From positions 992,001 to 1,056,000 of the forward strand of contig JBMNHS010000001.1 in NCBI GenBank assembly GCA_050950505.1: a stretch of 64,000 nucleotides of DNA, read 5' to 3'. Positions within the stretch are counted from its first letter, which is position 1; the number at the start of each line of letters is the position of its first letter. This document shows, piece after piece, positions 30,594 through 39,434 of this stretch. The stretch comes from Candidatus Methanomethylophilaceae archaeon (lineage in GTDB: Archaea > Thermoplasmatota > Thermoplasmata > Methanomassiliicoccales > Methanomethylophilaceae). The position numbers were made by a program, and so were the translations under genes. The notes under the pieces were generated by a model. It saw only the letters and a program-made list of their open reading frames with translations. It had not been told where the DNA came from and searched no databases.

Positions 30594-30951
30594 ATCCCCG
30601 GTAACGCAATATTGACTCTGAAGGTTGATAATAGGTTCTATGAAAAACATCTTCGGTTCCCGTAATGGTAATTTCACGGAGGCTGAGATTTATTTTGATG
30701 AATTACGTCAAACGTAGAAAATGCCTTGAGAACTACTTTTATATACAAAGATAATACCAAATTGTAATTTTTAAAATTACAGACCTGTTAATTTCTATTA
30801 AAATAAATTTTAGAAAAAATAGTTTTGAAACGGCGCAATTCAGTTTTTAATTATTACTGGCTATGTATTCAAACACACCCCTCGTTGTTGGAATACGAAG
30901 GATCGATATTAATTTTTGAAGTTCAATTTTGACACGAACTTCTGTATCTTC

Positions 30952-30969
30952 ACGGAGATATCATCCATC
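30952..30969 (+). promoter_or_regulatory. Candidate operator upstream of mtaC1
   Basis: ACGGAG-ATATC-ATCCAT-C; core matches the mtaC2 element at 14/16; TTTTAATA at 30981. Confidence 0.5.
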
Positions 30970-31037
30970 CATTATAGCCATTTTAATACCTGCAAATCGA
31001 TGAAAATACGGGTAAAAACCCAAAGGAGAAACTGAAC

Positions 31038-31823
31038 ATGTTAGACAGCAAAGGAGTAGACTTCGGCATGATTCTCAGACGGTACGACGTCGAACTCGAG
31101 GTTGAGGCCACCCCTGAGGAAATGGCAAAGAGCCTGCTTCCCAAAGACCCTATTTTCAAAAAGGTCGCGGAAGAGGTTCTGTACATGAAGTTGAAAACGG
31201 TTATTCCTACTGTAACGGAGGCACTGAAGGAGAAAGACCCTTTGAAGGTTATCAACGAAGGTCTCGTAGTGGGAATGGAAATTGTGTCAAAACTGTACTC
31301 GGAACATGTGTATTACCTGCCTGAAATAATGATGGCGGCAAAAACCATGGAAATGGGGATAGCTTTGGCAGAGAAACAGCTGGAAGGCGGAAAGATGAAG
31401 ATGAAGGCCGATGTGATCATGCACACCGCCGAAGGTGACGTGCACGACATCGGAAAGAACATTGCGGTCATCATGACCCGCGCCGCAGGTTATGAAGTCA
31501 TCGACATGGGTAAGGACGTACCCGTCGACGATGTTGTGGCCAAGACGGTAGAAGTCAAACCGCTCTTCGTATCGGGTACCGCATTGATGACAACCACAAT
31601 GTCTGCATTCCCGAGGATTGCCGCGAAATACGTGGAGAAGGGACTCAAGACCCCCTTCATGGGTTGCGGCGGTGCTGTGAACAGGGAGTATTCCAACTCT
31701 TACGACCTGGGAATATATTCGGATAAAGCGTCTCAGACCCCGCTCATCGCGGAAAAGCTGCTCTCCGGATATGACTGGAAGAAGGTCAGGGAAGAGTGGG
31801 ACAGCATTGTGAGAGGTGAGTGA
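31038..31823 (+). CDS. mtaC: Methanol corrinoid protein, copy 1
   Basis: GDVHDIGKN B12-binding motif; SGTALMTTTM; GGAV; upstream of mtaB. Confidence 0.92.
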   Translation: MLDSKGVDFGMILRRYDVELEVEATPEEMAKSLLPKDPIFKKVAEEVLYMKLKTVIPTVTEALKEKDPLKVINEGLVVGMEIVSKLYSEHVYYLPEIMMAAKTMEMGIALAEKQLEGGKMKMKADVIMHTAEGDVHDIGKNIAVIMTRAAGYEVIDMGKDVPVDDVVAKTVEVKPLFVSGTALMTTTMSAFPRIAAKYVEKGLKTPFMGCGGAVNREYSNSYDLGIYSDKASQTPLIAEKLLSGYDWKKVREEWDSIVRGE

Positions 31824-31824
31824 A

Positions 31825-33222
31825 ATGTCGGTAAAAAGATACACGAAAATGGCTTATGACAACGCCGATGATTTGATATTCGGACGCGCTAAGCACCCCA
31901 TATCCTACGGATACGGAATAAAATTGGGTGCGGGCAAAGTCATAACCGAAATCAACTATGCGCCCCGTCCGGGAACGGAAAAAGATCCCGCAACCCTAAG
32001 AAGGGAGTATGTTGACTATATCTGCAAGGACGCACTCGACAGAGCGATATCCATCGGACTTCCCGACCTTCAGATGGAAACCGAATGGATTTCGCAGATG
32101 AGCGAAGCAAGAATATCGATACCTGTCGTCGAAGGACAGAGGGAAATCGCAGAGAAATACCACGAAGAATACGGTATAAACACCGCTGTCAGACACACCA
32201 TCCCCGACAAGCGCGACACCGATCACGGAATGCGCGTCGGTCAGGATAAAGTCAACGGCGGACCCGAAATGCTCTTCGAATCCGCGGAAATCGCCTGTGA
32301 GAACGGTGCACACGTGTTCTCGGTCGAATCCATGGGAGGAAAGGAACTGGCGGACTATGCCATCACCAACGGTGACATTATCGCTTTCCTTTTCGGAGTG
32401 GGCTATCTCGGATCCATCGATATGACTAACATCTGGCAGGAATTCGTCAAGATTTGTAAGAAGAACAACGTTATCCCCGGAGGAGACACAAACTGTTCCG
32501 GAGCCAACACCTCCATGTTCATGGCGGGCGGTTACTTGGACAACGATGTTCAGAGGACATTCTCTGCGATAACCAGGGCCATCGCTTCCGCGAGAACCGT
32601 GGTTGCGTGGGAATGCGGTGCCGTCGGACCCGACAAGGACTGCGGTTACGAAGGACCCATATGCAAAGCGATTGGGGGCAACCCAACATCTCAGGAAGGA
32701 AAACAGTGTCACTGCGCACACTGCGACATCCAGAGCAACCTGATGGCCTCCACCTGCGACCTTTGGTCCAACGAGTCCGTGGAATACCACCCCGAATTCG
32801 GAGGTTCCTCGGTACAGTGCTGGCTTGCAACCCTCGGAAACGAAGTTATGCTGATGAACACCTCTATCCAGTTCAAGCAGGACAAAGTCCTTAGGGACCT
32901 GTACATGAACGCGGACAGAATCAGAGGGCCTGAGGCATACATTCTCGCTTACGACCACGCATTCGAAATCGGTAAAGCAATCACTGAAAACGGTGACAAT
33001 CTTTATCTCCGTGCGAAGGCCGCCGGTGAGACCGCAGCCAACATAATCCTCAGAGGATACAAGTCCAAGGAACTGCCCCTCACGAGGAAGCAGCTCACTG
33101 TTCTGGAAGACTGCATCAAGCAGTTTGAAGCGCTTCCGGACAACGAGGACGCTTTCGTTGAGATGTGCCTTGAGAAATACAAGGACGTCCCGATGTTCCA
33201 TAAGAACAACTACGGACTCTGA
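31825..33222 (+). CDS. mtaB: Methanol:corrinoid methyltransferase, copy 1
   Basis: KRYTKMAY..ADDLIFG, EINYAPRP, SVESMGGKE, GDTNC, GPDKDCGYE, DLWSNESVE. Confidence 0.95.
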   Translation: MSVKRYTKMAYDNADDLIFGRAKHPISYGYGIKLGAGKVITEINYAPRPGTEKDPATLRREYVDYICKDALDRAISIGLPDLQMETEWISQMSEARISIPVVEGQREIAEKYHEEYGINTAVRHTIPDKRDTDHGMRVGQDKVNGGPEMLFESAEIACENGAHVFSVESMGGKELADYAITNGDIIAFLFGVGYLGSIDMTNIWQEFVKICKKNNVIPGGDTNCSGANTSMFMAGGYLDNDVQRTFSAITRAIASARTVVAWECGAVGPDKDCGYEGPICKAIGGNPTSQEGKQCHCAHCDIQSNLMASTCDLWSNESVEYHPEFGGSSVQCWLATLGNEVMLMNTSIQFKQDKVLRDLYMNADRIRGPEAYILAYDHAFEIGKAITENGDNLYLRAKAAGETAANIILRGYKSKELPLTRKQLTVLEDCIKQFEALPDNEDAFVEMCLEKYKDVPMFHKNNYGL

Positions 33223-33240
33223 ACGAAGGGAAAAACACTT

Positions 33241-33269
33241 TGTCCCCGAAAGGGGACATTTATTTTTTT
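33241..33269 (+). terminator. Hairpin plus T tract after mtaB1
   Basis: TGTCCCC-GAAA-GGGGACA then TTTATTTTTTT. Confidence 0.7.
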
Positions 33270-33287
33270 AAAAAGTTTCAAACATAA

Positions 33288-33845
33288 TCAGTGATGACGG
33301 TGATTGCCGTCGCAACCGCAGCCTCGGTCATCGTCGTGACTGTGACCGCCGCAACCGCAGCCTCGGTCATCGTCGTGACTGTGACCGCCGCAACCGCAGC
33401 CTCGGTCATCGTCGTGACTGTGACCATGATTGTGGTCGTGACTGTGACCGCCTTCTCTGAATTCGATATCCAAAAAAGTATCTTCCAGAGCATGGAACAT
33501 CATATGATCCAGCTCATGTTTGTCCACATCGAGCACTGCGCACAGAATACTGAATTCGACCTTTTCTGAGGGTTCCAAGACTCCGTGAACTTCAACACCG
33601 TTTTCAAGATCGGTTATGTTCAACGTGATTCCGGTTCCATCCTCCAAATGTATTCCGCATTTGATATGACCGAGGAAAACTCCAGCCTCCTCCTTGACCC
33701 ACTTTGCGATTTCGGTCATGGCACCGACGATTCTCGCCTGAGCGTCCGCATTGAAATTGGTGATGTACCCCATGGTTCCGACGGCGACGCCGCCGGCGTA
33801 ATCCATGGAGTTTTCGTCAAATTTAGCACTGTTGTTTTTTTTCAT
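33288..33845 (-). CDS. Metal-binding partner protein with His/Cys-rich tail
   Basis: FLGHIKC motif; tail GHSHDHNH-(GHSHDDDRGCGCG)x3; ATGA overlap with the upstream GTPase. Confidence 0.75.
   Translation of the reverse strand: MKKNNSAKFDENSMDYAGGVAVGTMGYITNFNADAQARIVGAMTEIAKWVKEEAGVFLGHIKCGIHLEDGTGITLNITDLENGVEVHGVLEPSEKVEFSILCAVLDVDKHELDHMMFHALEDTFLDIEFREGGHSHDHNHGHSHDDDRGCGCGGHSHDDDRGCGCGGHSHDDDRGCGCDGNHRHH
33311..33426. repeat. 39-bp in-frame tandem repeat, about 3 copies
   Basis: CGCAACCGCAGCCTCGGTCATCGTCGTGACTGTGACCGC at 33311, 33350 and 33389. Confidence 0.92.
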
Positions 33846-34429
33846 TTCATCAACTCGTGGACTTTGTCCATATTTGTTCCTTCTGTCACGGATATGGAGT
33901 AGATAGGTTTATCAGGATATTCGGAGGCCAACCAATCGGTTACTTCCGCAAGTCTTTCAGGAGTTGACAAATCGGATTTATTGATCAGAATGAAATTGCA
34001 TTCATGCATTTGTCTTTTGAAGAAATCCGTTTTTTTGAGAATAAGATCGTCAAATCTTTGGATATCCACTACGCCTATGATGATGGTTTCTTTCTCGTCA
34101 ATCATTGCAATGCGTACAAGATCTTTGACCCTGTGCGGCAATGCCAAACCTGTGGGTTCAATCAAAATAATATCCGGTTTGATATCTTCGGCGATGTTCC
34201 TGAGTCCGTTCTGAAGGGAGCTTGCCAACGTGCAGCATATGCATCCGTTCGGCATTTCAATAGCATCATATCCTTCCCGCTTCATCGTGATTCCGTCAAC
34301 GCCTACTTTTCCTGATTCGTTGACGAGTAAGGCAACCTTCTGGCCTCTGTCGATGTACATGGAAGTTAGGTCTAACATCAGACTGGTTTTTCCGCTGCCG
34401 AGGAATCCGCCCAGAATATATACGTACAT
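33842..34429 (-). CDS. G3E-family (COG0523/CobW-like) GTPase, short form
   Basis: GGFLGSGKT, VNE.G, NGCICC, IEPTG, NKSD; about 195 aa, no C-terminal CobW domain. Confidence 0.88.
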   Translation of the reverse strand: MYVYILGGFLGSGKTSLMLDLTSMYIDRGQKVALLVNESGKVGVDGITMKREGYDAIEMPNGCICCTLASSLQNGLRNIAEDIKPDIILIEPTGLALPHRVKDLVRIAMIDEKETIIIGVVDIQRFDDLILKKTDFFKRQMHECNFILINKSDLSTPERLAEVTDWLASEYPDKPIYSISVTEGTNMDKVHELMK

Positions 34430-34949
34430 AGGAGGGGTACCATACAAATTGTATTTATGTATTCACTAACGCCGTATACTTACTTTGAACGGTGTGAAAA
34501 CACATCGTTTCATCGGAACAATCCGTGACTCCGCAAGGATGAAACAACTTCATTGTTTTGTTTCCGAATCAACAGGAGATCCGATATATTTTGTCTGTGT
34601 GTGTCGAATTTTCTTTTTCAACCGATGTGAAACCTTTCGATCCATAGTTATCAAAATGTCATTCTTTATATGTAAAAATCCAATAATTTCCTTTTAAACA
34701 GAGGATTTGCCATCGGAATTTAAAATTTACAATAGATATTTTTATATGCCCATTCTATCCAAATTTGATAAAACAATATTTTCAGAAGACTTTAGCAACG
34801 GTATTCAAACATAAATAATTCAGATCCTGCTCCTGTTCCGTCATTAAATAAATTTTGCTGGGTATGGGGCGCGACAAACATTTTTCAAGTTATTAATAAG
34901 TTGCTTTCGGGGTTTATTCGAGATATGGCAAAAAAACATCATTATTTGC

Positions 34950-34967
34950 ATGGATATAACATCCATC
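34950..34967 (+). promoter_or_regulatory. Candidate operator upstream of mtaC2
   Basis: Perfect palindrome ATGGAT-ATAAC-ATCCAT; TTATTATAAA at 34979. Confidence 0.55.
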
Positions 34968-35034
34968 TCACTTAACTATTATTATAAACATACTTTACCC
35001 GCGTTGGGGCTGAGGCCCCCAGGAGGAAAAAAAT

Positions 35035-35820
35035 ATGCTAAGCAATAAAGGCGTAGATTATGGCATGATCCTCAAAAGGTACGATATCGACCTTCAGGTC
35101 GAAATCACACCTGAGGAAAGAGCCAAAAGCATGCTACCCGAAGACCCGGTTTTCAGAAAGGTTGCCGAAGAAGTCTTGTACATGAGGTTGAAGACTGTTG
35201 TCCCGACCGTCGTTGAGGCTTTGAAAGAACGAGACCCCCTCGATGTCATCAACGAAGGGTTGGTTGCCGGTATGGAAATCGTTTCAAAACTTTACGCAGA
35301 GCACGTCTATTATCTGCCCGAAATTATGATGGCCGCCAAAGCCATGGAAATCGGAACCGCCCTTGCCGAGAAGAACCTCGAAGGCGGAAAGATGAAGATG
35401 AAGGCCGATGTGATCATGCACACCGCCGAAGGTGACGTGCACGACATCGGAAAGAACATCGCGGTCATCATGACCCGCGCCGCAGGTTACGAGATTATCG
35501 ATATGGGTAAAGATGTCCCTGTTGACGACGTTGTCGCCAAAGCCGAGGAAGTCAAACCCCTGTTCGTTTCCGGAACCGCACTGATGACAACCACAATGTC
35601 TGCATTCCCGAGAATCGCCGCCAAGTTCGTTGAGAAGGGACTCGAGATACCCCTCATGGGCTGCGGTGGAGCTGTGAACAGAGACTATTCCAACTCCTAC
35701 GATCTCGGAATCTATTCTGACAAAGCATCCCAGACTCCGCTCATTGCGGAAAAGTTGCTCTCCGGATATGACTGGAAGAAAGTCAGGGAAGAATGGGACA
35801 ACATCGTGAGAGGTGAGTGA
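35035..35820 (+). CDS. mtaC: Methanol corrinoid protein, copy 2
   Basis: Colinear paralog of 31038-31823 (offset 3997); GDVHDIGKN. Confidence 0.92.
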   Translation: MLSNKGVDYGMILKRYDIDLQVEITPEERAKSMLPEDPVFRKVAEEVLYMRLKTVVPTVVEALKERDPLDVINEGLVAGMEIVSKLYAEHVYYLPEIMMAAKAMEIGTALAEKNLEGGKMKMKADVIMHTAEGDVHDIGKNIAVIMTRAAGYEIIDMGKDVPVDDVVAKAEEVKPLFVSGTALMTTTMSAFPRIAAKFVEKGLEIPLMGCGGAVNRDYSNSYDLGIYSDKASQTPLIAEKLLSGYDWKKVREEWDNIVRGE

Positions 35821-35821
35821 A

Positions 35822-37219
35822 ATGTCTATAAAAAGATACACAAAAATGGCTTATGACAACCCCGACGATTTGATATTCGGACGCGCTAAGCACCCCATAT
35901 CCTACGGATACGGAATAAAATTGGGTGCGGGCAAAGTCATAACCGAAATCAACTATGCGCCCCGTCCCGGTACGGAAAAGGATGCAAAGACTCTGACAAG
36001 GGAATATGTTGATTACATCAGCAAAGACGCACTTGACAGGGCAATATCCATCGGACTTCCCGACCTTCAGTTGGAAACCGAATGGGTTTCGCAGATGAGC
36101 GAAGCGAAAATCTCAGCACCCGTTGTCGAAGGACAGAGGGAAATCACTGAGAGATACCACGAAGAATACGGTATCAACACAGCAGTCAGACACACCATCC
36201 CCGACAAGCGTGACACCGACAACGGTATGCGCGTCGGTCAGGACAAAGTCAACGGCGGACCCGAAATGCTTTTCGAATCCGCTGAAATTGCCTGTGAAAA
36301 CGGTGCAGATGTGTTCTCCGTCGAATCCATCGGCGGAAAAGAAATGGCAGACTTTGCTATCACCAACGGTGACATCGTAGCTTTCCTTTTCGGAGTCGGT
36401 TATCTCGGATCTCTCGACATGACCTACATCTGGCCTGAATTCGTCGACATATGCAAGAAGAACAACGTTATCCCCGGAGGAGACACAAACTGCTCCGGAG
36501 CCAACACCTCCATGTTCATGGCGGGCGGCTACTTGGACAACGATGTTCAGAGGACCTTCTCCGCAATCACCAGGGCAATCTCGGCCGCAAGAACCGTTGT
36601 TGCTTGGGAATGCGGTGCCGTCGGACCCGACAAGGACTGCGGTTACGAAGGACCCATCTGTAAAGCCATTGCGGGTAAGCCCACATCTCAGGAAGGAAAA
36701 CAGTGTCACTGCGCACACTGCGACATCCAGAGCAACCTGATGGCCTCCACCTGCGACCTTTGGTCCAACGAGTCCGTGGAATACCACCCCGAATTCGGAG
36801 GTTCCTCGGTACAGTGCTGGCTTGCAACCCTCGGAAACGAAGTTATGCTGATGAACACCTCCATTCAGTTCAACCAGGACAAAGTCCTCAGAGATCTGTA
36901 TATGCAGGCTGACAGGGTCAGAGGCCCCGAAGCATACATCCTCGCTTACGACCACGCATTCGAAATCGGTAAAGCAATCACCGAAAACGGTGACGACCTC
37001 TACCTCCGTGCGAAGGCCGCCGGTGAGACCGCAGCCAACATAATCCTCAGAGGATACAAGTCCAAGGAACTGCTCCTTACCAGGAAGCAGCTCACTGTTT
37101 TGGAAGACAGCATCAAGCAGTTTGAAGCGCTTCCGGACAACGAGGACGCTTTCGTTGAGATGTGCCTTGAGAAATACAAGGACGTCCCGATGTTCCACAA
37201 GAACAACTACGGATTCTGA
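35822..37219 (+). CDS. mtaB: Methanol:corrinoid methyltransferase, copy 2
   Basis: Colinear paralog of mtaB1 with the same Glu/Cys/Cys motifs. Confidence 0.95.
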   Translation: MSIKRYTKMAYDNPDDLIFGRAKHPISYGYGIKLGAGKVITEINYAPRPGTEKDAKTLTREYVDYISKDALDRAISIGLPDLQLETEWVSQMSEAKISAPVVEGQREITERYHEEYGINTAVRHTIPDKRDTDNGMRVGQDKVNGGPEMLFESAEIACENGADVFSVESIGGKEMADFAITNGDIVAFLFGVGYLGSLDMTYIWPEFVDICKKNNVIPGGDTNCSGANTSMFMAGGYLDNDVQRTFSAITRAISAARTVVAWECGAVGPDKDCGYEGPICKAIAGKPTSQEGKQCHCAHCDIQSNLMASTCDLWSNESVEYHPEFGGSSVQCWLATLGNEVMLMNTSIQFNQDKVLRDLYMQADRVRGPEAYILAYDHAFEIGKAITENGDDLYLRAKAAGETAANIILRGYKSKELLLTRKQLTVLEDSIKQFEALPDNEDAFVEMCLEKYKDVPMFHKNNYGF

Positions 37220-37241
37220 GCGAAACACAATAAAACATTTA

Positions 37242-37270
37242 GCCCCCGCAAGGGGGCACCTCTTAATTTT
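37242..37270 (+). terminator. Hairpin after mtaB2
   Basis: GCCCCC-GCAA-GGGGGC then T-rich sequence. Confidence 0.65.
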
Positions 37271-37713
37271 CAATTCCGGTCCGTGAGAGAAAATTATCTG
37301 ACGGAACGATTATCATTTCCATCTCACGGAGACTTCCGATTGAACGGGGTTTTTAAAATTCAAAGGATGGGAAAACAGCCGTAAGGCCGAGAAGGTGTGA
37401 AAACGCATCCGTCCCTCACCCGTCCGTGAGGCCCTTGACCGAATACCCGGCCGAAACCGTACACAACTTCTGACACATAATCATACTACATATATTTAAA
37501 ACTAATATTTATACAATATATAGATTTTTTATTTCAGTATATAGTTATGAACCCGCGGTCAAGATCGGAACGGATTCATTCCATTAAATCCGAACAAGTC
37601 GCACCGTACCGATATATATTAACAATATCGCTTTTGTGTCAGGTACCCGAAGTGTACCGACAGGGAGCCGATTTATGATTTCAAACACAAAATTTTATGG
37701 AATATTTTTAAAA

Positions 37714-37803
37714 ATGAAGGAAAATGAAATACTTCTGAAAGAACGGGAAGTCAAGGCATTGGAAACCATAGCGGAGTCACTGAAAGAGATTGCAAAGAAA
37801 TAA
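37714..37803 (+). CDS. Possible 29-aa helical microprotein or gene remnant
   Basis: MKENEILLKEREVKALETIAESLKEIAKK*; in-frame upstream ATG at 37675. Confidence 0.3.
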   Translation: MKENEILLKEREVKALETIAESLKEIAKK

Positions 37804-37931
37804 TCTGACACAGTTAATCCAATAACAAATCTATCTCGGGCAATCCTTGCGGATGATGAAATAAACATCGCTGATGATTTTCAATCAAGATATTTTTGTA
37901 TTCCAGGAAAGCCGTCGGAAGGGAAAGGTAA

Positions 37932-38008
37932 TGGTGGACAAGGCGAGATTTGAACTCGCGGCTTCTTCGTTGCGAACGAAGCGATCTGCCGGGCTGATCT
38001 ACTTGCCC
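37932..38008 (-). tRNA. tRNA-Ala(CGC), CCA encoded
   Basis: GGGCAAG/CTTGTCC acceptor with G3:U70; CTTCG-TTCGCAA-CGAAG anticodon arm; GTTCAAATC; 3' end ACCA. Confidence 0.95.
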
Positions 38009-38196
38009 ATTAGAATCTGTGATTCTGACGTAGGATATAAACCATTTGCATGATTTGGGGAATGAGCCTTTTTCAACATTCTTGAGGGTATGCATTCATC
38101 GCATAAGAATAACAAGAATGTAATATTGGGGTAACACGATTTGAAACTCAGTAATAACATTCAAGTACTTGCCGCGTAATTTCTTTTCCTGATTCC

Positions 38197-38988
38197 ATGG
38201 CGTTCTACAATGTGACGTATAATGAGAAGCACGACTTCGCCACCGTACACAATTACGGATGCACGTTCAAATGTCCCATATGCAGTTACAAATTACGTAG
38301 CGGCCCGGAAGGAAGACCGGGATTGGCATATCCCCGTCCGGAATCCTTCCTCACTCCCGAAGAGGTTGAAAACGCTCTCATTTCCGTCATGCCTTCCAAA
38401 GTAAATTTCATGGGCGGAGAACCCACGGTATCCAAAGATTTGCCGCGGATTCTCAAATTTGTCAAAGACACTCTAGGTGCAACCACATCATTGGGACACA
38501 CCAACGGGTGCAATCTTTCATTGGAAAACATCGATTCCGCCAATGTAGGGTTGAAGGCATGGTATGAAGACGTTCATTTGCATCTGACGGGACTTCCCAA
38601 GGAAAAAATTTACGGGGAAGTAGAATCCGCCGTTGAAAGGGGAATGGATGTTTCTGCGAACATCATTTACATCCCTGACTATGTGGACACCGATCAGATA
38701 GAACTCACCGCCGAATTTCTGAGTTCGATAGGTGTGACCAAATTTCATATCATGGGGTACATACCCGTTCCGGGACAGGATTACAGAAGACCGACCATCA
38801 ACGAAATGGAACATGCCCGCAACATGGCAAGAAAATATATCCCGGACACGGGATATTCTCACATGACTCCCGAAGAAGTTCTGTCTTTGGACAGGGAGGA
38901 CGATCGGTTTGACGTGCGCATCATCGCGGGAACCGACGCCATAAGAGGCATCTCCAAGAAAAACGTTGAAACAGTATCAATCCGTTGA
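38197..38988 (+). CDS. Radical SAM protein (PflA-like)
   Basis: GCTFKCPIC (CxxxCxxC), GGEP, TNG, GLK. Confidence 0.85.
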   Translation: MAFYNVTYNEKHDFATVHNYGCTFKCPICSYKLRSGPEGRPGLAYPRPESFLTPEEVENALISVMPSKVNFMGGEPTVSKDLPRILKFVKDTLGATTSLGHTNGCNLSLENIDSANVGLKAWYEDVHLHLTGLPKEKIYGEVESAVERGMDVSANIIYIPDYVDTDQIELTAEFLSSIGVTKFHIMGYIPVPGQDYRRPTINEMEHARNMARKYIPDTGYSHMTPEEVLSLDREDDRFDVRIIAGTDAIRGISKKNVETVSIR

Positions 38989-39026
38989 CATAAATACTAT
39001 TAATCTTGTAATCCTTCTTTGCATTC

Positions 39027-39434
39027 ATGGCTATAAAAGGCATGAGCAAAGAAGTACAGGAAGCGATGGAAAAACAAAAAATATTCCCTTTTGCCACCGC
39101 ATCCAAAGACGGGGTTCCCAATGTGGTTCCCATAGGATTCCTTTTTGAAGGAAGGGACGGAAACATTTGGGTAATAGACAATTACATGGACAAATCACTG
39201 AAGAATGTCCGCGAGAACCCGAAGGCATCGTTTTACATCTGGGAGCAGGGTTTCAAACAGAGCTACCAGGTAAAATGCTCCGTAATCGTGGAAGATTCAG
39301 GGGACGATTATCAGTTCGCCGTAGATTTCGCCCACGAAAAGAAGGAAACATATCCCGCCAAGACTCTTATGAAACTTGTCGTCGATGACGTATACTACGT
39401 TACCCCCGGCGAGAACGCGGGAAAGAAACTCTGA
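39027..39434 (+). CDS. Pyridoxamine 5'-phosphate oxidase-like FMN-binding protein
   Basis: ATASKDGVPNVVP, DNYMDKSLKNVRENP, TPG. Confidence 0.85.
   Translation: MAIKGMSKEVQEAMEKQKIFPFATASKDGVPNVVPIGFLFEGRDGNIWVIDNYMDKSLKNVRENPKASFYIWEQGFKQSYQVKCSVIVEDSGDDYQFAVDFAHEKKETYPAKTLMKLVVDDVYYVTPGENAGKKL

Noticed and set aside
33311-33426. 39-bp repeats as a CRISPR array
   Set aside because: Head-to-tail with no spacers, in frame within a CDS, and no cas genes in the window.
28968-37273. Long antisense ORFs (28968-30506, 31996-33201, 36113-37273)
   Set aside because: They mirror ramA and mtaB and show no motifs; expected from codon bias on the coding strand.
37260-37930. tRNA-Pyl, group II intron remnant or integrated element after mtaB2
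   Set aside because: No CTA-anticodon cloverleaf, no convincing domain V, no integrase, and I did not see a duplicated tRNA 3' end.
37814-38095. 93-aa ORF on the minus strand
   Set aside because: Runs through tRNA-Ala and has no recognisable motif.
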